From assembly GCA_009103225.1 (NCBI GenBank), contig RHPI01003041.1, positions 1 through 64,000 of the forward strand: a DNA stretch of 64,000 nt, read 5' to 3'. The notes below the pieces were generated by a model that made no database searches, had not been told where the DNA came from, and worked only from the letters and a program-made list of their open reading frames with translations. Each line of letters opens with the position of its first letter. Position 1 is the first letter of the stretch. The position numbers were made by a program, and so were the translations under genes. Positions 13,691 through 26,107 of the stretch are shown piece after piece. The DNA is from Chlorokybus atmophyticus (Eukaryota; Plantae; Mesostigma and Chlorokybus algae).

Positions 13691-16600
13691 GCAGGAATAA
13701 ACGTATACTCTTATTTTGGCCAAGTCCCGAATGTGATTGAATGTGCAAGTAGATTGCACTGCTAATTGTAATATACACTCTAGTATATGTTAAAGCTCAA
13801 GTTGCTCAAAACCTTTTTTCACAGCTAGCGTGAGCTGGGGGGCAGCTCTATTCTTAACTACAGCATTGGTATGCTACACACCACCTGCTACTACTGGCTC
13901 AACCCGCGTCTTTGTTGTGCTAGCATACCATCCATGAGTGTTCGCAACCACCTTCTCAACCTGTCTATCTCTTGAGGACGAAACCAATTCCTTTGCATCT
14001 GCACACAATCACACAACAACATGTGGTTGCTAAGCATGTATCAGCCTACATGACTGTGCCACCAAAGCACCTTCCACTTCTAAACATTGCAGTGCAAATG
14101 CTTGAGCTGTACCTGTTGAAATATCCGTGCCTTTCGCTCAATTGGAGCAGCTTTTACCCCATCTATAAACTTGTCACGATAAAGCATGACATACAGCCCG
14201 CACGCAACTCAATCCTTCTGCTGAGGGACCTACACAAAGACGTGTCAATGCCTGCAAACCAAATGCATGTGCATGCATCCAATCAAGGCGTTGTAATAGG
14301 ATGCATGCAAACTCATCACTAGTGCACTACAACATGTGCTACCTGTGGTACAAGAAGCTGTAAGTTTTCGGGGGAGAAGCGTTGTTGCGTGTCACTTCCA
14401 TGCTTTCTGCCCCACATGTCGTCAAGGTAAGCGCGCATGGGTCCATCAACATGGTGATGCAGGTCGAGAGAGGCGAGATGGACGAGTAAAGGCGGCATGT
14501 CACTTCCAGGTTGGGCTCTAGGCTTGCACACAAGCAGCAGACTCCAATGAGTCCTGTGTACACAATCAAAATGGCATGTTCGCAAGTCCAGCAGCAGTCC
14601 GGCAAGACATATAACCTTGGCGCTTGACTTGCTCTCACCGCGTGTCTGGGTTGACAACCACTCTCAACAAGTCCTTGGCAAACGGATCTCTCTCCCACTT
14701 GTCTATCCTGGGATTGCTCGTGTGCCGGCTATCTTATTCATGGTAGCGCACGATCTTGGTGTAGAAATGCGGATCAAACATCTTCATGTGAGTGCTGTTA
14801 GCTCTACCCAGGAGCTCTACTGGGTATATGTGCGTGTGTGACATGTACGTATGACACACGAATAACACTAACACAACAAGCATCGTACCTGCCAAAAAAG
14901 TGCAAGATAGTGTTATTGAGCTTCTGTCTTCCATTCAGCAACCTCCTGTCCGTTTCAAGCACTAGCATCGCATCATGTGCACTTGCACTAGGGTACTGCC
15001 GCAGCCGTTGTGGGTTGCTGATTACAACCCTCTTCTCCATCATCATTTTCCAATGCGACTGCCTCTGCAGCCATAAATAGTTCAGTTAGGCAGTGAAGAC
15101 CACAACTCAAACAGAACAATGACTTTATTTCAGACTGGAGAGCCAGGGTTCAAGGGGCTAGTATACAGAGTAACTAGATATCCGAGATAGCAAGCCAAAC
15201 CATGCTACCAGTATGGAAGTTAGCCTCCGAGCAAAGATACCTCTGCTGCCCAAAACACTCCAGTCGCGGCCTCCCGTGCATCGTCCTTCAACGGGGTAGA
15301 GCTAGCCGTCAGCCATTCCTCCTTAGCCCGGGAGGTGAGAGCACAAGAGACTTGACAGATAAGAGAGAACAGATAAGGAGAGGAAGGATCATAGCAGTGA
15401 GTACAGCGAAAGCACCAAAGGTGCCAGAGAAGAAAAGGCCTGCACAGCGTCCAGACATGGCTGAGAGCTAAAGGAGAGAACTAGGTGTTCACATCAAAAG
15501 GAGTAGAGGTAGGAGATATAGTAATCGAGCCCCGCAGGAGGCAGATGAGACGGGAGAACCAAGCCCAAAGAGCCACTGCAGTCGGGCAAGAGTAGAAGAG
15601 GTGGAGTGGAGTCTCGAGTGGAAAGTCCTCGCAAGTGAGCCACGAGGGATTGAAGCCCTTGTGAAAGAGCTTGTCCCCCATGTTCAAGGGCATGTTGGTG
15701 AGAAGCCAAAGAAGGGAGCGCTTCTTGCATGAGACCTTGAGCCGGTGAAAAGTTTTTCAAATGGAAGGCCACGGGAGCAAATCAGAGAGTATGCTCCAGT
15801 GGGTGAGTGCCGGGGCTCTATGTGCATGTCGTCTACTAAGCAGGCGGTAGCCAAGGCAAGCGGTGTAGTCCCACATAGAGTGTGCGCTCAGGTGAGGCGC
15901 GAGAGATGGTCGCCATGAGACCAAACAAGGGTCCAAATGCAAATCTGAACGGGAGCACCCCCTACCACTACCCAACCACTATATCGCGGGTCTCAGGGAG
16001 AAGAGCGAGCCAATTAGGGGAGCCAACCGCGGGTCTTGTGCGCCAAAGTGCAGAGGGCAAAACGCAAACCCGAGCCAGAGAAAAGACAGCAACCTGCTGG
16101 TCCGGGGTGCCATGATGTAGCGCCAATGTGGGGTTACACCTTTATGGACAGGCAGGCCCTCCGCCACCAGAGCCGCACCAATGAGCAGCCACTGCACCTC
16201 TCGAAACTTGAAGTCACACGACCACATGCGAAGCTGGTGCCATCTCAACACCTTCCAGGGCGCCAGCTGGGATCACAGAGGTGGGAGGCCCACTTAACGA
16301 GCAGGGCCTGTGTGTGACAAAAAGAGGGGTCGAGAATGCCAAGGCCACCGTCCTCTTTCGGGAGGCAAACTACATCTCAGCTAACCTTGTCACGAGTAGC
16401 CGGCGCAGCACCATCTTGCGAGGAACTCCATAAAAAGGGCTGTTTATAAACCGCGCAAGCTGGCAAGGTCGGACCTAGAGGGAGTGCCAACATCTGCGAT
16501 ACCAGAGGCAGAACGGAATAGATTAGTTGGCCACTAGCTTTCTGCCCATGAGAGAAGGGTAATGACGCGACCAAAGGTTGAGCTTGAATTGCACCTTTTC

Positions 16601-18155
16601 AAGCACCGCCTCGAACAGCTGCTGCGGGGGAGATGCCTATGGGGATACCTAGGAGAGTGGATGTCTCTGTAGACGCAAGCCATTGAACACTCCAATCTGG
16701 AGGTGGCTCCCGTGCAGCTCCGCCCAAAAGATTCCAACAGACTTTGGAATACTCATGGCGGAGTCAGAGGCAAGGCAGTTCGTGCGCATCACCCTCGTAA
16801 AGGCAGCATAGCTGGTGGGAGGTGCGCAACAGGAGGTATCATCTGCAAAGGCAAAGTACCGGAGCTCACTGATCACATCAGCAGAAGAGGGGGAGCTGTT
16901 CGGAAGCTGCAGGCCAAGAATGTCAAGGTCCGCCTTGAGAAGAGGCCCCAAAGCTTCTGCTAAGATGAAGAGGGAAGGGGCTAACGGACAGCCCTGGCGA
17001 ATGCTCCGCTGGAGCGGGAAGGCCTCACACAAATGCCCATTGACCAACACCTTGCTGTAGCCCCCACCATTCAGCGTGCGCACTCACTCATAAAATCTGT
17101 CTTAAAAGCCCTGGGCACGCAGCTTCGCCTTAAGGAAGTCCTAGTCCATTCGGTCAACTGCATTTTCATACTCAAGCATGAGAAGAGCCATCTGTTGGTC
17201 CGACTCCTCAGCCCAAGCAATAGCATCCAGAGCGATTAAGACGCTATCCAAGCCGTAGCAACGCTTGACAAAGCCAGTTTGCTTTGGCGTACAATGCTTT
17301 GAAAGAAGAGGAAAAGCGCATGGCCAATGCCGTGGCTAAAATTTTGTAATGAGGCGGAAGTAGCGTGATGGACCTCCAGTTGCGCGGATTACCTGTAGGC
17401 CCTTGCTTGTAGATTAGGGTAATGATCCCCAGCCTCTGAGAGGTGCCTAGCACCCCAACAAACAACACCTCTGAGCATTACTGCCAAGTCCTGTCCGAAC
17501 ACTCCCCACATCCTTTGCCAAAGAAGGCGGTGAGGTCGTCATGTCCTTGGCAGTTGTGCGGCTCCATAGCCGTAAGCGATGCTAGCAGCTCTGCAGCACT
17601 GACCGAAAAGTTCAAATATAGTGCAGACTCTGTTCCCACCACCATATCCACCACCGCGACACAGTCCGCCACTGCCTGTTGCTTGGCAGCAGAGTCCACC
17701 ACAGAAGAGGAGAACAAAGACTGGTAAAATGAAGCAGTGGCTGATAAATGCTGCTTTGCTCAAATGTGGAGGAGAGAGAGGCTGCAGCGTGTGCGTGAGA
17801 GAGAGAAGGGATGAGGGAGGAAAGTTTGTCCGCCTTGCCCTTGCCAAAGAAGAGCTTGGTCATGCGCTCCCCCTGAAGACGCCACCTGCCACTAGCCCAC
17901 ATGGGAGCCCCTTCCAGCCGCCGCCCCTCAAGGGAGCACAAGTCTGACACAACCTGTGCTCGTGCAGTAAGGAAGAAAGCGTCTGTGGGAGCGGCAGTTA
18001 GGGAGGACTCCACGTCACTGAGTAGAGTGCGCTGCGAGAGTTCTTCCTGCTGCAGACGTTGCTTGCGTCTGAAGGTGAGGCGCTTGGACAAGCTGGCAAG
18101 CAGGTCTAGCCCTTCCTTAAACCAAGCAATAAGAGCTCCCCCCCCCTCCCCCCCN

Positions 18156-18394
18156 TTTCTGTCAAACAGGTCCTCCCAATAGACCATCCAATATTTCAAG
18201 AGAGCGTCAGCAAGTTCTAACAGCTCTGCAGTCCATCCATGTAGGCAAGAGTTGTGAAAGAAGATGCGGATGAGCAAGTGAAACGCAAAGCTAACATCTG
18301 TGGTTGCTATGTAAACCAGATTCACAGCGTATGCCACAACAGACTGCACGAACATCTGCAAGTCTTGGGCCTTGAACCAAGCCCGGTGCTTGAT
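18156..18394 (-). other. 239-bp copy of the CACTA transposase segment 29364-29602 embedded in LINE ORF2
   Basis: Appears identical by eye to 29364-29602. Flanked on both sides by CCCCCCCTCCC, with an N at 18155. Confidence 0.85.
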
Positions 18395-19959
18395 CCCCCC
18401 CCTCCCGAAGGACAAAGCAACTGATGCTTACCCCACTCCTCCTCCACCGCTAACGTAAAGGCAAGGTCGGAGAGCAGGGCGGGGTCAAGCTTCCAAAACC
18501 CTGGACCCCTCTCACCCGCTCTTAGCGACATCAAGCTTGTGCTCACTGGCTTGTGGTCCGTAATCAGCTCATCCGTACGCACGAATGCTGGCGAGCAACG
18601 TCCTCAACCCTGAGCTGCTGTAAAAGCGATCAAGGCGTGCCGCTCTTCGCTCTTCACCTCGCCTGCCGTTGTCCCAAGTATGTACTGCAAGGTCAGGGTG
18701 AAGAACGCAGAGAGAGTCTTCCATGTCAAATTGTAACATCCATGGGAGAAGGGATTCCTCATCAGCTAGACTCGAGGAGAGAGTTGGGTGTGAGCGATTT
18801 AGGGGTGACGCTCCAGTGAAGTTCCAGTCGCCACCAGCCACACACCAGTCCGCTGGGGGGAGAAGAGACAGCAGTGAAGAGAAGAATTGATGACGATCAC
18901 TAGGAAGGTTGGGGGCGTACACATTGACAATCAACAGCAACCCCTCCCCCCATCAAACGCGGAGCCAGCAACATCTGCCTAGGACATCGTCACCTGTGTC
19001 CACAGTTGCTGGCTCTCAAGAATGAGGGTATAGCTACACCGCCACAACTCCCTTGCACCGGTGACCAGACTGAGGCACCTGACCAAAAGCGCAGCAACCA
19101 GGTGTCTCGTGATGTAGAATCAAGCTTTGTTTCTTGCAGTAAGAAAGCGGGTGACGAGGACTGCCCCATGCGCACAAGCGTGCCAGCAATGCGCTGCGTT
19201 TGCTGACACCATGCTGCGTCCGCTGGCTAGAACGACCACGAACATTCCAGGAATGAAGGAATATCTTCTGGAGACAGCTCATCCCTGGCTTGATTACATG
19301 CCATAGAGTTCTTGCATGAATATAACGGACTGATCACACTCCACCCGAGAAAGGGCCTCGTGAAGAGAGGAATCTGCGAAGGACGGCAGCTGGCCCAGCC
19401 CCAGAGCCAGCACGCGAAGCGTGGATAGAACATCCGCACAGGGAATCAAGGAAGCGATTGAGAGATGCGCGTGCGGGGAAGTGAGAGCAAGTCCAGCCAG
19501 ACCGCCTCCGCACCTGAATGAGCATTGGGCGGGGAGTCTGGGTCCCCTTCAAGGCAAACAAGCCACACTCCAACCTTCACGCCGTCTGGGAGGGAGGATG
19601 ACAGCACCAACGCTGCTATCTGCCGTTTGCACCACTCTACAGACAAGGGAATGGCTAGCTTTACTGAGCAGCAGTGCGGGCAGCAAGCTGGGTATCTGCA
19701 TTCGAGCCCGCCGCATCCGCCTGCAAGCAAGGCAGGCGAAAAGGCCTAGCCGCAGCTAGGTGGTTGCGGCGAGCCCCAAGCCACCACCGTCTAGCCGTGC
19801 AGCGGAACAGCAGAGCCGCTGGCCCTGGCCTCTGCATGATGGTTGCCTTCGAGCGAGAAACTGCCTAAGGAGAAGGCGATATTGGCCTTGCCGGTGAGAT
19901 AAGCATAAGCGCCGCCCCTGGAGCTGCAGTCGGTACTGCAGCTGGCGCAAGCGAAGCTG

Positions 19960-20115
19960 CAAATTGTGCTAAGGCGGTGGCGCAGCTGGCGCTGCAGATG
20001 GCGCTACAGCTGGCGCTGCCGACGGCGCTGCAGCTGACACTGCAGACGACACTGCAGCTGGCGCCACAGCCAATGCTGCAGATGGTGCTGTAGCTGGTGT
20101 TGTAGCTGCCGCTGC
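19960..20115 (-). repeat. Degenerate 12-bp tandem repeat encoding an Ala/Pro-rich tract in LINE ORF1
   Basis: GCAGCTGGCGCT-like units; translation AAPSAAPAVAPSAAPAA. Confidence 0.75.
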
Positions 20116-20917
20116 TGATGGCGGGAAAAGCTGCTGAGCACGCAGCCTGGCAGCAGGAGGAGCCAGAGGAGAGGAAGAAGGGGAGCTGAGCGAGTCATCA
20201 ATCAGCTGTGCAGCGCGCCAGTCCTCCAAGGCTCAAGCAACACGAGTGCCAAGCGAAAATTTTGAAGAAGAAGCTGCATGCAGCTTCGCACGCCAGTCAC
20301 CAAGTGAGAGCCAGCCATGCGTGGAGGGTGGAGCATGCTTGCCGGCTCAAGGCGCTGGCAGGACGGGAGAGAGCAAGTACACCACACGGCAAAGCCAATG
20401 CATGCAAGGCTGCGAGCGTGATGGCGAAGCCAATCACCACCGTCGCCGACCTTTCCCGCGAGGGGGCGCAGCTTTGTGAAGGCGAGGCACGAGGACTGGC
20501 CCACATCAGTCATCAGAACCTGCGCATCATCGTCGCCGCTCAGTAGGCGGTGCCCAATCAGAGGGATGAGATAAGCCTTCTTTGGCTGAGCATCGTCAAG
20601 CTGGAGGCCCGCATCTAGTAGAGCGAGGGGGAGGGGAAGGACTGCAGGCGGAGCAGGGTTGGGATCGCCAGCGGGTGGAGAGCGGCCACAGCCTGCACGG
20701 GGGCGTCTTCTCCCTCATCCTTCTTTTCCAACATATCAAGCATGTCCACCTCATCCGCCCAGCTGCGCCATGCCCGTGCTGGCTTCGTGGGCTGCAGCCA
20801 GCCCTCGTGAAAAGCTTGAGCCGTGGCTCGGAGCATGGTCCGAGAGAGCATCTTGGGAGGCGGTAGGATGGCTCACCAGCATGGGGGAGACCTCGCCTGA
20901 GTGCTCAGCAGCGGGGT

Positions 20918-21768
20918 NNNNNNNNNNNNNNNNNNNNNNNNNNNNNNNNNNNNNNNNNNNNNNNNNNNNNNNNNNNNNNNNNNNNNNNNNNNNNNNNNNN
21001 NNNNNNNNNNNNNNNNNNNNNNNNNNNNNNNNNNNNNNNNNNNNNNNNNNNNNNNNNNNNNNNNNNNNNNNNNNNNNNNNNNNNNNNNNNNNNNNNNNNN
21101 NNNNNNNNNNNNNNNNNNNNNNNNNNNNNNNNNNNNNNNNNNNNNNNNNNNNNNNNNNNNNNNNNNNNNNNNNNNNNNNNNNNNNNNNNNNNNNNNNNNN
21201 NNNNNNNNNNNNNNNNNNNNNNNNNNNNNNNNNNNNNNNNNNNNNNNNNNNNNNNNNNNNNNNNNNNNNNNNNNNNNNNNNNNNNNNNNNNNNNNNNNNN
21301 NNNNNNNNNNNNNNNNNNNNNNNNNNNNNNNNNNNNNNNNNNNNNNNNNNNNNNNNNNNNNNNNNNNNNNNNNNNNNNNNNNNNNNNNNNNNNNNNNNNN
21401 NNNNNNNNNNNNNNNNNNNNNNNNNNNNNNNNNNNNNNNNNNNNNNNNNNNNNNNNNNNNNNNNNNNNNNNNNNNNNNNNNNNNNNNNNNNNNNNNNNNN
21501 NNNNNNNNNNNNNNNNNNNNNNNNNNNNNNNNNNNNNNNNNNNNNNNNNNNNNNNNNNNNNNNNNNNNNNNNNNNNNNNNNNNNNNNNNNNNNNNNNNNN
21601 NNNNNNNNNNNNNNNNNNNNNNNNNNNNNNNNNNNNNNNNNNNNNNNNNNNNNNNNNNNNNNNNNNNNNNNNNNNNNNNNNNNNNNNNNNNNNNNNNNNN
21701 NNNNNNNNNNNNNNNNNNNNNNNNNNNNNNNNNNNNNNNNNNNNNNNNNNNNNNNNNNNNNNNNNNNN
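20918..21768. other. Assembly gap (N run) inside LINE ORF1
   Basis: Continuous Ns. Confidence 0.99.
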
Positions 21769-24699
21769 ATCTTCATGGGGGGGAAGAGCTGAGTGGCTGG
21801 CACGGAAGAGAGATTACGTGCAACAGCCCGCTACAACTGAGAGCAACGCTGCAGTGCCAACCTCATCCGGTGGGGGGGAGCTAGCAGCTGCAGACGAAGG
21901 AGCAAGGGCGGAGGGGGCGTGGAAGTCGTAGCTGAGCGAGCAAGCAGAGGGGGGCGCGAGTCTCCTGCAGACTGCGCTCCCTTCAACGACAAGCGAGCAG
22001 AGCGAGGGCATTGACTGCGAGTGTGGCCTTCTTGCCCGCACCCATAGCATGTCGATGGTGGATGCGGGGTGAGGACCTTGACCGACACTTGCTGCCAATG
22101 CTCACCCGTGGAGAAGCGAACCATGATGACTTTGGGTAGGGTTTCGCCTGGGGACAGAATGAATTGATAGCGGGTGTTGGATGTTTTAAAGTTTGCCGAG
22201 GAGGTTGGAATATTATGGGGGAGCTGAGCTTGCCAAAGTGCTGAAGGGCGGAGCGAACGAAGGGGACAATGTCGGGATGAGAGCCAAGGAGAGAGACCCA
22301 GAAGGACGGAGAGCGATCTTCATCCCACCTGTAGACTGGAACAGCACGTCCGTCGGAGGGGGTGGGGAGCAGCGTTGCGCCCTTGCCAGCACTTGAGCAG
22401 CCCCTACCACAACGGAGAAAATACGTTGCACAACCCCTCCGGGTGGAGTGTGCATGCACTGAATCAGAGAACCCCCCATCCCATCAGCACACACTTGCCT
22501 TAGCCATGCAATGCGGACACTAGCAACAGATTCCATCGCGGGAGTGAACGCAAAGCAAAAACAAGTGCACGTGGGACAAGCACAGTCTGCCAATCCTCAT
22601 AGCGTGATGGCGGAACAAAAATGGCATACACATCATCAGATGGAGGAGCGTCCACAGAGTACAGATCTTGAAGAATCAAAAACGTTGCAAATTTACACGG
22701 ACTGACTGACTATGGACTGAGGGGCTGACGGGTGCCTGACCCTACTTGACCCTTACGAACTTGACGATGTGAGCTATAAATGGACTGAATGAACTGCCGG
22801 TGCATTGTGAACAATAAGTAATTGCCGACCGCATGTTGTGCAGTAAAGTGGACTGTTGCCTATTGGTGATGACATGACAGCAACATATTCAGACGGCGGA
22901 CCGCCGATTATCCAGCTTCTGTAACGGCGACCTACCTATTATGACAGTTAGGTGCATGTTCAGGCCCCTAATGACGACAAGCGATACTGATTAGTCAAAG
23001 CTGTACCGCGGCCGGCCGGCGGCCGTACATAAGCCGCTGCGGCGACAAATGTTAATTGGCAAGCAAGTGACCACTCAGTTCCAATAAAGTCACCTTAGAG
23101 AGACGAGCGATGGCGGCGAGTGCAACAGTGGTACAACAGTTCCATCATAGTACCCTATATGGTACACATGTACTCATCATAAGAAAGTATAATGGTGCCG
23201 TCGTACCATTTTAATGGTACAATTGTACCATCAAAATTAAAGCCGTAGAGCGTTTACAACGCAGCAGTGTTTAAAATGATCGACGGCATCAAAGACAATT
23301 ATGCGGCGGCGGCGGCGACAGCGACGGACATTAGGTGTATTTGGTTGATGTATAACGTTGCACTACGCACAACACCGCTTGCAGCCAAACCACCCTTGTT
23401 GTCTTAAGGCGGCCAGGCTAGGCCAGACCAGGCTAGGCGACGGCGGCGGCGGCGGCGGCTGTACATGGCAAGCGGCAGCACGTGAGTGTGTATGTTGTGT
23501 ATGTTGTGTATGTGTACGTTGTGTATGTTCACTGCGCTTGTTCAATTGCCTTGACCACCTTGTGCTTGCCAGCGGCGGCGGCGGAGCAGGGACATCGGCG
23601 GCGGAGCTGGAGCGGTGCAAAGGCGGCAGCTTAGTACAAGGGTAGTAGTACTAGCAGTAATAGTAGTAGCAGTAGTGGTACATGTAGTAGTATCAGCATT
23701 ATTAGTAGTAGTAGTAGCTTAGTGAAGTTTACATTGTAATGTTTTGTGTTTTATATATTATTAAAGCATTCCTGCGATGATAATCACACGTGACACCTAA
23801 TTATGATTGAGCGATACCATCAGGTACCTGCAACGGTACACATGACCAACGGCTAGTACCAAGAAAATACCTTAAGGTACCTGTTAATTTCGCTCTGTTT
23901 GCGTACAGTTGCCGCTACCTAACTGTTGGGTAACGGTTAATTACGTGTCAGGTAGGCAAAGTTGCCTTATCGTGACCGAGAAATAACTTTCAGGTACCTA
24001 TTAGTTAGGGTCAGTCCCCTTTTATAGACGGCCATCGACTGATGGTGACGACCTATGCCGAGGCCCCTGTATTAGTATCGCCGGTGAACTGAGCGCCGAG
24101 TCTAATTAAGTATCCTCAAACCCACGACCGTTGTATATATGTAATATGCCGTTACGGGAACATTTTGCGACTAATTGTGTGATGTACTTAGCTGTCTTCA
24201 GGGGGTCCTTTACAAGAACCCCAAGAAGAGCGGTGGTGTTGGTTGGAGCGGGTGACAGAGAGAATCCCGTCACAATACGCGTCCAAAGCTGCCCCCCTTC
24301 CTAGTTGCTGAAAGGGGGCAGGAGAGAGTGCGGCGATTGAGGCAAGTCGCCACCGGGCGCCCCGACTGGAGAAACTTCAGTCGGGGCGCCCCCCGTGGCC
24401 ATGGTCGTGGCCATTGACATGGAAGCGCGGAGCGCGCCAGCTCTAATCGGTGCTCAGCCAGACCGGGGTACGGCTCCTACCAGCACTAAGCAGCCCCCCG
24501 TCCCCCTCATCGATTACCCCCCCTCCGACGTCAAGGGCCAGCCTCCCGTTGCCGCCGCCGTCGCGACACGTGACCTTCACCGGTGTCACCACAACGCAAA
24601 CCAACAAGCTTACGCACCCAGCAGCTTACCATTGTTATCCCCATTCCGCTCTCTTTAACGTGTTGAACCCCACTCTCCACAGGTTGTGAAACCCTACCG

Positions 24700-25130
24700 C
24701 TATTGCCCGGCAGAGTACGGCGAGCAAGGCACTCCCTTGGGAGCTGCACTGGAGCACCACCTTCTTCGTATGCATCGCATTACGAGCACGTAACCTCAAC
24801 CATGCTGCCCGCAGCGTATCGCCAACAGAGGCTGTTTGAAAACATCGCGTAGACGTGATAAGCTCCTTCGTCGCAATTCTTCACATGGCAATCGTTATTT
24901 GTTTGTCATTACAAGTAAGAATGAATCTAGAAATGAAGTTCCTCACGAAGAGATGCCAAGCATTTGCTGCAATGAAGTCCACTTACTCGTACCTTGGGCA
25001 CTCCCAATGTTCATCCTGCGCAAGCGGCATAATGGCACATTGCGTGTGGTAACTCTTCCAGCAACCTACCACATCGCAGCCATATGATGCCCCCATCCTT
25101 GCAGACAAAGCAATAGTCTTTGTGTTCTCA
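24700..25130 (-). pseudogene. Decayed PHD-finger coding fragment next to the CACTA transposase 3' end
   Basis: Frame missed by the ORF track (no ATG): DYCFVCKDGASYGCDVVGCWKSYHTQCAIMPLAQDEHWECP, followed by an AG/GTACGA donor-like site. Cys/His spacing fits a PHD finger. Confidence 0.7.
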
Positions 25131-26107
25131 ATGTTCCACCGCATCCAGCTCTAGTCTCGGTCTCATCCATGTGAACAAACATCCAGTGTTCAGGTCTACA
25201 GTCACACAGTAGGTATATGAGACATCACAATTGTAAACAATACGTTTTGTACTCAAAATGTTAGTCGCGGCGTGCAGTCCACGACACCTCGTTCGAGGTG
25301 CTATTGGTTTCGCTTTTGGCACCATGCGATGCAAAAACCTAGATACATGAGGACACCTGGATTCTAGTAGACAACTGTCCTCTTACGGGAGTGTCACGAT
25401 GCATGCCTCGGCGCATGTGACTGCGCTTGTCTTTAATAAGCGATATTATTACTTTGTTGTCATATGCATTAATTCCCTCAAACCACTAGCCCTTAACCTG
25501 CCAGCAAGAAGGGATATGCATGAGCCATTTTCATTCTACATTTCATTCTACTATTGTGACACCAAGCACACGCCAAAATGATTGCAACACAGCTACTTAC
25601 CAGATTGCAATCAAGGTAGGTTTCTTCTGCAAAACGGGGCTTCCCTTTTTTTCAGGATTGTGAAACCTCCACTGTGCTTGACTTCGTTGCTCATGTACCA
25701 CCTAACTCTGAGCAGCTGGTGCTCTCGACCAGCTATCACCACAACATAAAAAGATTGCACCCTGCCATACCAATGGATCTTCTTGGTTGGTCATCTGAGT
25801 CACGCCCAACAGTAAACACGGCATAGTCCATGGTGCGGAGTTTCTTCTTCATTTCCTCTGCTCTAAACTGGCCGATGTCCTTGTAGCATGCTCTATAGAA
25901 TGGCTTGATGTATCACAACTCAATTTCGTGCTGTGTAAGCTCCTTAGCAGGTCTACGCCAGTAATGCAGCTCACTCATATACTCCATGTCCTTTGCCACG
26001 ACATGTCCTTATGTTTTAGCCCTTTTCCGTGCCATCCTGCGTTTGTTCACGTGCAACTCCGTTGCTAGGTTGGTAACACACAGCGACATGTGTTGTTACG
26101 AGATGTC

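Larger units (their letters stand above)
15120..22460 (-). mobile_element. L1/Tx1-clade LINE, near full length but decayed (ORF1 with zinc knuckle; ORF2 with APE endonuclease, RT, C-terminal zinc finger)
   Basis: ORF1 has CYGCGQEGHTRSQC. ORF2 fragments: SWNVRG, LLQETK, VNVYAPN, GGDWN, ARLDRFY, TDHKPV, NWRSITLL, RQGCPLAP, FADD, HLFYSCP. AATAAA lies on the minus strand near 15125. Many stops and frameshifts. The 5' boundary is approximate. Confidence 0.92.

Noticed and set aside
20659-21884. Three long ORFs of 327-377 aa
   Set aside because: They are artefacts of translating through the N gap.
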